Source of the DNA: Methylophaga sp.
GTDB taxonomy: Bacteria > Pseudomonadota > Gammaproteobacteria > Nitrosococcales > Methylophagaceae
DNA length: 64,000 nt
Assembly (NCBI GenBank): GCA_040882115.1
Contig: JBBEBX010000008.1
Span: 2,113 to 66,112, forward strand
Direction of reading: 5' to 3'
How positions within the stretch are numbered: the first letter of the stretch is position 1; every line of letters starts with the position of its first letter. The translations under genes and the position numbers were made by a program. A model generated the notes under the pieces. That model had not been told where the DNA came from. It saw only the letters and a list, made by a program, of their open reading frames with translations, and made no database searches. This document shows positions 18,133-27,826 of the stretch, in pieces.

Positions 18133-18845
18133 TGGCGACAACCCCAAGAGTGGTCGCCGTCATGAATCAGACCCATGATGTCGGCAAAACCTTTATAACC
18201 GCCAATCTGGCCTATGCGCTAACGGCGCAGGGCAAATCAGTATTGCTGATCGATATGGATCCTCAGGCTGATTTAAGTCGTAGTTTTCAAGTGCCGGCTA
18301 CTCAGCCGGGCCTGCGTGACTTTTTGCAGGGCACATTAACGCTGCCAGAGGTATCGCTGACCATTACCGATGGCCTGACATTAATAGCGACCGGCCAGGA
18401 TCTGGCCGCTTTTGATCAATCGCCAACAGATAAAATGGCACGGGGCAGACAATTACTTAATTATCTGTCAGCCGGCGTGTTTGCTGATTTTGATTTGTTA
18501 TTACTGGATTGCGCTGCGGTGTCGGGTTTGCTGGGCAGTAATGCAGTGTTAGTGGCATCTGATATGTTGTTACCAGTCACCGGCGATGCGCCGGCGATGC
18601 AAGGCATGCTTGATATGTTACCGGTGATTCGCCGGGTCAGTCAGCGGCGCAGTGTGCCGTTACGGGTATGGTTATGCCTGAATCGTTTGCCGCGCGGCAA
18701 TGCATATGTTGAGCAGTTAGCGGCGACCCTGAATCAGTATTTCCCCAAGCGACTGCTGCGCACCATGATTTATGAAGCTGATGAAGCACAAACCACGGTT
18801 TATCAATCGTTGGCGCAGGATTTACTGGCCGGCAGAACCAGCTGA
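18132..18845 (+). CDS. ParA/Soj-family protein with degenerate deviant Walker A
   Basis: NQTHDVGKT, LLIDMDPQAD, LLLDC; shortened C-terminus; TGATG coupling at both ends. Confidence 0.85.
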   Translation: MATTPRVVAVMNQTHDVGKTFITANLAYALTAQGKSVLLIDMDPQADLSRSFQVPATQPGLRDFLQGTLTLPEVSLTITDGLTLIATGQDLAAFDQSPTDKMARGRQLLNYLSAGVFADFDLLLLDCAAVSGLLGSNAVLVASDMLLPVTGDAPAMQGMLDMLPVIRRVSQRRSVPLRVWLCLNRLPRGNAYVEQLAATLNQYFPKRLLRTMIYEADEAQTTVYQSLAQDLLAGRTS

Positions 18846-19486
18846 TGACCATGCCAATTTTTCCGGATAATGACCAGATCGCGCTTATCGAGCGCAGTTT
18901 TCCGCAACTGCTGGCGGTGACACCGTCTGTTTCCGAGCAGTTTTATCAGCGACTGGCGGCAGAACATCCGGACATATTCAGATTGTTTGAGGATGCCGAT
19001 GCGACTGGTCAGCAGCAAAAACTGCTGGCGGCGATGACGTTGCTGGTGACGAATCTCAATCAACCGACGTTGATAGACAGTTATTTTCAGGCACTTGGTG
19101 AACGCCACCAACAATATGGCGTCAGGGATGAGATGTTTGCGCCGTTCACAGAGACCTGGCTGGCGGTGATAATGGATTGCCTGGGTGAAAGCAATGCCAA
19201 CACAGTCAGCGCTGCCTGGCGGCAACTACTGAATTATGTTGTTGGCATCATGCATTATTCTGTTACTGCCAAAGCCCCGACAGCCCGTACCGCGGACAAT
19301 ACTGCAGACAGTGTATTGACACCACACATCGCTGATTTACTGGCACAACAACAACGTCTTATCACGCAGCTTAGCCTTGCTGCCAGCCGGGAACCGGCAG
19401 CGCAGAACTTGCTGGCCGATCTGGCAGAGTTACGGTTAGCGAGCAGTGCGTTGCAATTGGCACTGAGCGACCATCAATCCTCCTGA
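18845..19486 (+). CDS. Single-domain 3/3 heme globin with C-terminal helical extension
   Basis: Globin pattern with Tyr34 (B10), Phe48 (CD1), Gln56 (E7), proximal His88 (LGERH..YGV), AAW in helix H; ~80-aa tail. Confidence 0.85.
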   Translation: MTMPIFPDNDQIALIERSFPQLLAVTPSVSEQFYQRLAAEHPDIFRLFEDADATGQQQKLLAAMTLLVTNLNQPTLIDSYFQALGERHQQYGVRDEMFAPFTETWLAVIMDCLGESNANTVSAAWRQLLNYVVGIMHYSVTAKAPTARTADNTADSVLTPHIADLLAQQQRLITQLSLAASREPAAQNLLADLAELRLASSALQLALSDHQSS

Positions 19487-19499
19487 ATAATTATAAAGC

Positions 19500-19515
19500 T
19501 GGCATCTGCTTTGCA
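19500..19515 (+). promoter_or_regulatory. sigma54 promoter of fliK
   Basis: TGGCATCTGCTTTGCA, near-consensus TGGCA-N6-TTGCA, 41 bp before the fliK ATG. Confidence 0.85.
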
Positions 19516-19556
19516 TAGACAGGCCAGAACACTCTGAAAGTATTTGAGGACGCCAG

Positions 19557-20897
19557 ATGAATGCACCGCTGACTATTAAAACCGAGGTTGCTGCCAGTAA
19601 GCCGGCAAATGAAAGTGCCAAAGCCACACCGGCCAACGATAACAATGGCTTTAGTCAGGCCCTGGAAAAACAAGTTCAGGACAATGGCAAAGCTGAAACG
19701 GACCGTAGTAGCCGTGCTCAGAAAAATGCAGAACATCAGGAAAGCCGCGATAACAATGCCAGGAAATCGGATCAAGCGGCAGTAACTGCCAGTGAAGACG
19801 GCAAAAAATTGCCGCCTGCCGGGGATAATGACAAAGCGGTAAAAGCTGAGGATGGTGAACAAACAGCTGAATCAACTGATAAAGCTACCAATAGCACCGA
19901 AACTAAAACGGATGATAATGCACCATCTTCAGAAACAGTCACGGTTAATGTGGCTGCGCCGGCAATAGAAAAGTCAGCAACTGAAAAAGTCACCATGACC
20001 TTATCAAGCAATGCCAAGGCACAGCCCAAGTCGGTCATAGCTGGAGACGATGCTCCGTACAAAGCCGTCATACAAAATCTGACCCCGGTGCTTAACGCCG
20101 AAGGCGATATCAAAACTGTCGACATCGATGGTAAAACCCGTTTTGCCGATATCCTGAAAAAAGATGGCGCAGCACAATCAGCGATACGTGCTGATATTTT
20201 GCAGGCCATCAGTCAGAAAACCAGCAGCGATGACAGTAATGGACAAACCTTAAAAACCAGCTTGCAAAACCTCCTGCTCAACGCTGACAATAAGCCGCAG
20301 GCAAATGCTCAGGTAGCCGAACTGATTCGACAGATCCAACCGGGGCAACAGCGCAGCACTGACAACCGGACACCAGCGGGGTTGGTGACCGCATTAACGC
20401 CGGCTGCCAGTGCGCCCGGGCAAGCCAGTGCAGCCAGCACGCCGCAAATTGCTATGGATGTGCAGCCACAACTCAACAGTGCTGCCTGGTCACGGGTGGT
20501 CAGCAGTCGGGTAGTGTGGATGGCCCGTGAAGGCGTTCAGCAAGCTGAACTGCGTTTAAATCCCGCGAATTTAGGCTCGGTGGACGTGCGTTTAAACATC
20601 AATAATGATCAGGCCAGCGTCACCTTTCTGGCACAAAATGCTGCCACGCGTGAAGCACTGGAACAAGCTATGCCAAGGCTCAGAGAAAGTCTGGCGGAGA
20701 ATGGTCTGTCGCTGACACACAGTGAAGTAGGTCAGCAGGATCATTCTGATCAGCAAGCTTCTGAAGATGAAACAAGTATGCAAAACGGTCATTTGGCTCA
20801 AGTATCGGTTCCATTGGACGATACAGAAGATGAACTGGTAACGGGGATGCCGACAGAGGTCAATGAACCGTCCACCGGCGTCAGCTTGTACGCATAA
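19557..20897 (+). CDS. fliK: Hook-length control protein FliK
   Basis: Low-complexity N-region; C-terminal AELRLNPANLGSVDVRL...REALEQAMPRLRESLAENGLSL domain. Confidence 0.93.
   Translation: MNAPLTIKTEVAASKPANESAKATPANDNNGFSQALEKQVQDNGKAETDRSSRAQKNAEHQESRDNNARKSDQAAVTASEDGKKLPPAGDNDKAVKAEDGEQTAESTDKATNSTETKTDDNAPSSETVTVNVAAPAIEKSATEKVTMTLSSNAKAQPKSVIAGDDAPYKAVIQNLTPVLNAEGDIKTVDIDGKTRFADILKKDGAAQSAIRADILQAISQKTSSDDSNGQTLKTSLQNLLLNADNKPQANAQVAELIRQIQPGQQRSTDNRTPAGLVTALTPAASAPGQASAASTPQIAMDVQPQLNSAAWSRVVSSRVVWMAREGVQQAELRLNPANLGSVDVRLNINNDQASVTFLAQNAATREALEQAMPRLRESLAENGLSLTHSEVGQQDHSDQQASEDETSMQNGHLAQVSVPLDDTEDELVTGMPTEVNEPSTGVSLYA
19777..19814. promoter_or_regulatory. Tandem CGGCAA-type palindromes (candidate FleR/FlrC enhancer) inside fliK
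   Basis: CGGCAG-TAA-CTGCCA (19777-19791) and perfect CGGCAA-AAAA-TTGCCG (19799-19814), ~270-300 bp downstream of the sigma54 promoter. Confidence 0.55.
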
Positions 20898-20931
20898 AAT
20901 AACAATATAATGTGCAGTCACATTTGGAGAG

Positions 20932-22131
20932 ATGGCCGTGTTTAAATTAGAAAATTACTCGCTGAGAAAACGCATGTACATCGTTGCCGGTTTTGGCATC
21001 ATTGGCCTGTTGCTTTTCGCGTTATTGGGCTGGTATTTACAGACCGCGCAGCTTGCTGCCGCGACACAGTGGCAAATTATTGCTGGTTACATTATTGTCG
21101 CCAGTGCCATTGTCATGTACCTGGCGCATGTCATTGGCCGCTTTGGCGACTCGCGTGCCACCACTTTGGTAACCGGTATTCAGAATATCAAGAAAGGTGA
21201 TTTGACCCAGAAAATCGTTATTTCTGGCAAAAGTGATTTTAGCTGGATGGCGTTTGAGCTCGACAGTGCCCGTAAAAATGTCTCGAATCTGGTGCAGACC
21301 CTGGCCAGCGGTGTCGATCAGTTAAATACTGCGACACAAAATATGGCAGTGATCAGTAAAGAAACGGTCAGCGGCGTATTAAAGCAGCAGGCAGAAACCG
21401 ATCAGGTAGCGACAGCCATGAACGAAATGACGGCCTCTGTTCAGGAGGTTGCCCGTACTGCATCAAATGCTGCAGATGCTGCCCGCAATGCTGATAATGA
21501 AGCCAAAGCCGGCAAAAAAGTTGTGCTGCAAACTATGCATTCAATTGATTCCTTGGCCGGTGAAGTTGAAAAAGCTGCAGAAACGATTAGTAGTCTGGAA
21601 GCGGATATCAATAATATCGGCGCGATTATTGACGTGATTCGCGGTATTACCGAGCAAACCAATTTACTGGCTTTAAATGCGGCTATTGAAGCGGCCCGTG
21701 CCGGTGAGCATGGTCGTGGTTTTGCTGTGGTCGCCGATGAAGTACGTACTTTGGCATCGCGTACCCAGTCATCGACCCATGAAATTGAAGAAATGATCGG
21801 TCGCCTGCAAGTGGGTGCCCGGGAAGCAGTTAAGGTGATGAACGACAGTCGCGAAAAAGCCCGTAACAGTGTGGAAATGGCTGAGAGTGCCGGCGCGGCA
21901 TTGGATACCATTACCGCGATGATTAGCACCATGGATGAAATGAGTGCGCAGATTTCCAGCGCTGCCAATGAGCAATCTTCAGTTGCAGAAGATATTAATC
22001 GCGGTATTGTCGAAATCAGTCAGATTGCTGATCACACCGCTGAAGGCGCTCAGGAAACGTCAACTGCCGTTGATACGCTGAGTGGTCTGTCGGCGCAGTT
22101 GCAGGAAGCTTCTGGTAAATTCAAGATTTAA
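20932..22131 (+). CDS. Methyl-accepting chemotaxis protein lacking a sensor domain (TM-TM-HAMP-MA)
   Basis: Two TM helices joined by a ~14-aa loop, HAMP-like segment, hairpin tip [31 protein letters not shown]; true start may be GTG 20938. Confidence 0.93.
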   Translation: MAVFKLENYSLRKRMYIVAGFGIIGLLLFALLGWYLQTAQLAAATQWQIIAGYIIVASAIVMYLAHVIGRFGDSRATTLVTGIQNIKKGDLTQKIVISGKSDFSWMAFELDSARKNVSNLVQTLASGVDQLNTATQNMAVISKETVSGVLKQQAETDQVATAMNEMTASVQEVARTASNAADAARNADNEAKAGKKVVLQTMHSIDSLAGEVEKAAETISSLEADINNIGAIIDVIRGITEQTNLLALNAAIEAARAGEHGRGFAVVADEVRTLASRTQSSTHEIEEMIGRLQVGAREAVKVMNDSREKARNSVEMAESAGAALDTITAMISTMDEMSAQISSAANEQSSVAEDINRGIVEISQIADHTAEGAQETSTAVDTLSGLSAQLQEASGKFKI

Positions 22132-22146
22132 ACGATATTCACTGCC

Positions 22147-22175
22147 AAAAAAAGCCCGCCAAGCGGGCTTTTTTT
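22147..22175. terminator. Bidirectional terminator between convergent MCP and pyrF
   Basis: A7-GCCCGC-CAA-GCGGGC-T7. Confidence 0.92.
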
Positions 22176-22184
22176 ATGGGCGCT

Positions 22185-22880
22185 TTACACGGATAAACTT
22201 TGATTAATGGCCGTTAAAGTGGCCAATGGATCAGCCGCCTGGGTTATCGGCCGGCCAATGACTAAATAATGGCTACCTGCTTGCAGGGCTGCCGCCGGTG
22301 TCATAGTGCGATGCTGGTCATCAGCGGTACTGCCGGCAGGGCGAATGCCCGGTGTTACTAATTGAAATGACTCACCCAGCTGAGCTCGCAATGCAGACGT
22401 TTCCAGCGCCGAACAGACCACGCCATCCAGGCCACTATCTGCGGCCATTTGCGCCAGCTTTAATACGGTTGATTCGATGCTGCCACTGAGGCCAATTTCG
22501 GCAAAGGTATTTTGATCCATACTGGTCAATAGCGTCACACCAATCAGCAATGGTGCCTGCGGATGATCACCCAGTGCGGCACGGGCGGCGCGCATCATGG
22601 CACTGCCGCCCAAAGTGTGTACATTGACCATCCAGACGCCAAGGTCGGCGGCCGCCGCGCAGGCTTTGGCGACCGTGTTGGGAATATCGTGATATTTCAG
22701 ATCCAGAAAAATCTGAAATCCACGTTGCTGTAATTCATTAACAACCGCCGGGCCGCTGCGGGTAAATAACTCTTTACCGACTTTTAGCCGGCATTGCTGT
22801 GGATCCAGTTGATCGGCAAGCTGCAACGCTGCAGCAGCATCGGGATAATCCAGGGCAACGATAATTTTTGGATCAGACAT
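22185..22880 (-). CDS. pyrF: Orotidine-5'-phosphate decarboxylase
   Basis: [33 protein letters not shown]; start MSDPK at 22880. Confidence 0.97.
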   Translation of the reverse strand: MSDPKIIVALDYPDAAAALQLADQLDPQQCRLKVGKELFTRSGPAVVNELQQRGFQIFLDLKYHDIPNTVAKACAAAADLGVWMVNVHTLGGSAMMRAARAALGDHPQAPLLIGVTLLTSMDQNTFAEIGLSGSIESTVLKLAQMAADSGLDGVVCSALETSALRAQLGESFQLVTPGIRPAGSTADDQHRTMTPAAALQAGSHYLVIGRPITQAADPLATLTAINQSLSV

Positions 22881-22931
22881 AACGGCGCTCGCTATTAATA
22901 TGCCGACAGATCCTACCGGAATAAGCAATGA

Positions 22932-24107
<1,176 letters not shown>

Positions 24108-24180
24108 GTTGCTTGCTATCAACCGGCTATCGGACTGTGGCATAATCGCAGTCTTTTAACGACCTGACTGAGGATAACCC

Positions 24181-24510
24181 ATGGATTTTCTGATTTCACC
24201 GGCATTTGCTGAAACCACTGCTGCGGCTTCAGGCCCTGGCATTTTGGATTTCGCATTTCCAATTATTTTGTTGGTGCTGTTTTATGTGATGTTAATCCGC
24301 CCACAACAAAAACGCGCTAAAGCGCACCGCACGATGCAATCATCACTGGCCAAAGGTGATGAAGTGGTTACTGATGGCGGATTGATGGGCAAAATTCTCG
24401 AGATCAACGACAATGCCATCACCGTACAAATCGCTGAAAACGTCGATGTAAAAGTACGCCGCGAAGCCATCAGCTCTGTATTGCCAAAAGGCACTATCAA
24501 AAAGTTGTAA
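24181..24510 (+). CDS. yajC: Preprotein translocase subunit YajC
   Basis: LIRPQQKRAK...LAKGDEVVTDGG. Confidence 0.97.
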   Translation: MDFLISPAFAETTAAASGPGILDFAFPIILLVLFYVMLIRPQQKRAKAHRTMQSSLAKGDEVVTDGGLMGKILEINDNAITVQIAENVDVKVRREAISSVLPKGTIKKL

Positions 24511-24564
24511 ACCATTGACTGACACCGCCTGTTTATCAGGCGGTGAGACAATCTGGAAAAACCA

Positions 24565-26421
24565 ATGAACCGATATCCCTTGTGGAAAAACCTGCTGTTG
24601 CTGGCAGTGATTTTAACGGCATTTTTGTATGCCATGCCTAATATATATGGCGATGATTTAGCAGTGCAGGTATCTGCCGGCCGGCTGGCAAGTGTTGACA
24701 ATACGCTTGCTGAAAATGTCGAACAAAAACTCAAAGATGCAGGTGTTGAATACAAAGGACTGACCCTAGAAGACAATCGTCTTTTGGTGCGTTTCAGTGA
24801 TGCTGACAGCCAATTAAAAGCCCGTGAGCTGATTGCCAGCGAATTGGCTGAACAAGACTATATTGTTGCTTTGAATTTGGCACCGACCACACCGCAATGG
24901 TTGTTAGGTTTGGGCGCCGAGCCAATGAATCTGGGTCTGGACTTACGCGGTGGTGTGCACTTTCTGATGGAAGTGGATATGGACGCCGTGCAAAAGCAAG
25001 CGCTGACCGGCATTGCTGACGATGTCCGTTTACTGCTGCGCGAGGCGGTGATTCGTTACACCCGCGTTGAAGTCGAGGGTAATACGCTTTTCCTCGGTTT
25101 TCGCGATACCGATGAGCGTGATAAAGCCGAACAGCAAATCAGCAGCGAATATCCTGATGTCAACGTTAACGTTGCTGAAAATGCTGATAGACCCACACTG
25201 CAACTGACCATGACCGAAGCTAACTTGCGGGAAACGCAAACGCTGGCTTTACAACAAAACATCACTACCTTGCGGAATCGTATTAATGAGTTGGGCGTTG
25301 CTGAGCCAACTGTGCAGCAACAGGGTCAAAGTCGTATTGTGGTGCAGTTACCAGGTGTACAAGATACCGCGCAAGCCAAGAAAATTTTGGGCGCCACGGC
25401 AACATTGGAATTTCGTTTAGTCGATTTTGAAAACGATGCCCGTGATGCCGTAAATGGCCGGGTACCGGCTAATTCCGAATTGTTTTACCACCGTGATGGT
25501 ACCCCTTATTTATTAAATAAACGGGTGATGCTGACCGGTGAGCATGTGATTAACGCGGCTTCTACTTTAGATGGTCAAACGGGGTCACCGGCTGTATCCG
25601 TTACTTTGGATGGTAAAGGCGCACGGATTTTCACCAATATTACCGGTGACAATATTGGTAACCCGATGGCCGTGGTGTTTATTGAATCAAAATCGGAAAC
25701 GGAAACGGTCGATGGCGAAGAAGTCCGTGTTCGCAAACAATATCCGGAAATTATCAGCGTTGCCACGATTCGTGATCAGCTCGGTAAAAAATTCCAGATA
25801 ACTGGTTTAGACAGCACCACAGAAGCTCGCGATTTATCATTGTTACTGCGTGCCGGTGCATTGGCGGCGCCGATCGAAATTGTTGAAGAGCGTACCGTCG
25901 GCCCGAGCATGGGTCAGGAAAATATCGATCAGGGCTTTAAGTCGGTGATGATTGGTCTGGCCCTGGTCCTGGTGTTTATGGCGATTTGGTATCGCCTGTT
26001 TGGTTTGGTTGCGAATCTGGCGCTGGCAGTGAATTTAGTGTTGCTGGTGGCGTTGTTATCGATGCTGCAGGCGACGTTGACCATGCCTGGGATTGCCGGC
26101 ATCGTGTTGACCGTCGGTATGGCGGTGGATGCCAATGTGTTGATTTTTGAGCGGATCCGTGAAGAGCTGCATCTGGGCAATAGTCCACAAGCCAGTATCA
26201 GTGCTGGTTACGACAAAGCTATCTCGACGATTGCCGATGCCAACGTGACAACACTGATTGCTGCCGTGGTGTTGTTTGGTTTTGGCACCGGCACCATTAA
26301 AGGCTTCGCAATAACCTTATCGCTGGGTATCTTGACGTCGATGTTCACAGCGATCATGGGTACCCGCGCGATAATTAATTTAATTTACGGTCGTCAGCAT
26401 CGGCCGAAGCTGTCTATTTAA
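24565..26421 (+). CDS. secD: Protein translocase subunit SecD
   Basis: LGLDLRGGVHF, RINELGVAEP, AVDANVLIFERIRE. Confidence 0.98.
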   Translation: MNRYPLWKNLLLLAVILTAFLYAMPNIYGDDLAVQVSAGRLASVDNTLAENVEQKLKDAGVEYKGLTLEDNRLLVRFSDADSQLKARELIASELAEQDYIVALNLAPTTPQWLLGLGAEPMNLGLDLRGGVHFLMEVDMDAVQKQALTGIADDVRLLLREAVIRYTRVEVEGNTLFLGFRDTDERDKAEQQISSEYPDVNVNVAENADRPTLQLTMTEANLRETQTLALQQNITTLRNRINELGVAEPTVQQQGQSRIVVQLPGVQDTAQAKKILGATATLEFRLVDFENDARDAVNGRVPANSELFYHRDGTPYLLNKRVMLTGEHVINAASTLDGQTGSPAVSVTLDGKGARIFTNITGDNIGNPMAVVFIESKSETETVDGEEVRVRKQYPEIISVATIRDQLGKKFQITGLDSTTEARDLSLLLRAGALAAPIEIVEERTVGPSMGQENIDQGFKSVMIGLALVLVFMAIWYRLFGLVANLALAVNLVLLVALLSMLQATLTMPGIAGIVLTVGMAVDANVLIFERIREELHLGNSPQASISAGYDKAISTIADANVTTLIAAVVLFGFGTGTIKGFAITLSLGILTSMFTAIMGTRAIINLIYGRQHRPKLSI

Positions 26422-26431
26422 GGGCCTCGCC

Positions 26432-27382
26432 ATGCATTTGTTAAGTAAAGAAACCAATATCAACTTTGTCGAGATGCGTAAATTTGCCCTGGCCATTTCA
26501 GCATTACTTTTGATCGTCTCGGTTTTTTCGATTGTCACCAAAGGCTTGAATTTTGGTATCGATTTCACTGGCGGCACCATGATTGAAATCGCCTATCCGG
26601 AACAAGCTGATTTAAGTGGCATTCGCGATACGCTGGCAAATAACGGCTATGAAGATGCGGTGGTGCAGAACTTTGGATCGATCAGTGATGTGCTGATACG
26701 TTTGCCGGTGATAGAAGGTCAAAATATGGCAACGCTCAGTAATGAAGTGGTTGCTTTGTTAGAGCAGACAACGACTTCGGTATTGGACGTTAAACGGGTT
26801 GAATTTGTCGGGCCGCAGGTTGGTGAAGAGTTAGCCGAAGACGGCGGTCTGGCAATGATTTATGCGCTGTTTGGTATTTTGATTTATGTGGCGCTGCGTT
26901 TTGAGTACCGTTTTGCCATCAGCTCGGTTATTGCCCTGATCCATGACGTGGTTATTACCGTTGGCTTTTTTGCGCTGTTTCAAATTCAGTTCGATTTGAC
27001 CATTCTGGCTGCGATTTTGGCGGTGATTGGTTACTCTTTGAACGATACCATTGTGGTGTTTGACCGCATCCGTGAAAACTTCCTGAAATTGCGAAATTCG
27101 ACCCCGGCGGAAGTTGTCAATATCGCTGTGAATGGCACATTGGGTCGGACCATCATGACGTCGATGACCACATTGCTGGTTGTATTGGCGTTATTTATTT
27201 TTGGTGGTGAGGTGATTCACGGTTTTGCCATGGCATTGCTGGTGGGCATTGTTATCGGTACCTACTCATCTATTTATGTTGCCGGTAGCAGTGTATTGCT
27301 GATGGGCGTCAGTAAAACCGATTTGATGCCGCCAGAAAAAGAAGGTGATGACGGGGTGAACTCCGACGGCAGTCAGGTATAA
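26432..27382 (+). CDS. secF: Protein translocase subunit SecF
   Basis: GLNFGIDFTGG, IGYSLNDTIVVFDRIRE, GTYSSIY. Confidence 0.98.
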   Translation: MHLLSKETNINFVEMRKFALAISALLLIVSVFSIVTKGLNFGIDFTGGTMIEIAYPEQADLSGIRDTLANNGYEDAVVQNFGSISDVLIRLPVIEGQNMATLSNEVVALLEQTTTSVLDVKRVEFVGPQVGEELAEDGGLAMIYALFGILIYVALRFEYRFAISSVIALIHDVVITVGFFALFQIQFDLTILAAILAVIGYSLNDTIVVFDRIRENFLKLRNSTPAEVVNIAVNGTLGRTIMTSMTTLLVVLALFIFGGEVIHGFAMALLVGIVIGTYSSIYVAGSSVLLMGVSKTDLMPPEKEGDDGVNSDGSQV

Positions 27383-27390
27383 GTACCATC

Positions 27391-27417
27391 AAAAAAGCCC
27401 GCACTGCGGGTTTTTTT
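27391..27417. terminator. Bidirectional terminator after secF
   Basis: A6-GCCCGCA-C-TGCGGG-T7. Confidence 0.85.
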
Positions 27418-27437
27418 ATTTCTGGTAAATGTTGGAT

Positions 27438-27635
27438 TTAACCTGCACTGGCGCGCAGCGGAAAGCTTACAATATCAGCGGAGTGATAGTTTTCTGTGCT
27501 GGTCTCGCTGGTGGCGGTTTCGACGCTGATAATACGCAGTCCAGAGTAATCACTCTGATAACTCATAAAAGTCGCAAACTCTTCAAGTCCTTGCAGGATA
27601 TTGCGAAACTCAAGTTCCTGGCTACTTGTTTTCAT
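27438..27635 (-). CDS. Hypothetical 65-aa protein
   Basis: GGTGAG SD 5 nt before ATG; ends 20 nt from the bidirectional terminator; no family recognised. Confidence 0.55.
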   Translation of the reverse strand: MKTSSQELEFRNILQGLEEFATFMSYQSDYSGLRIISVETATSETSTENYHSADIVSFPLRASAG

Positions 27636-27826
27636 GATGACTCACCGTTAACTGTTAATTAATTAGCGGCGCTTATCGGCAAAGCTTGAGGGAAATATCG
27701 CTACCAGCATGTATTCATGAGTGGCTGATAAAAGGATTATGGAATTATTTAGCGGAATAAGCCTCCAACAAACTGAATGATTAAGCGCGCTGTAAAATCG
27801 CCGGAATAAGTTTTGGGAAATAAATA

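Noticed and set aside
24523-24545. 9-bp hairpin between yajC and secD
   Set aside because: No U-tract and no second copy; probably an ordinary intercistronic structure
27429-27662. 77-aa plus-strand ORF after secF
   Set aside because: Starts immediately after a terminator with no SD; the antisense 65-aa ORF has better signals
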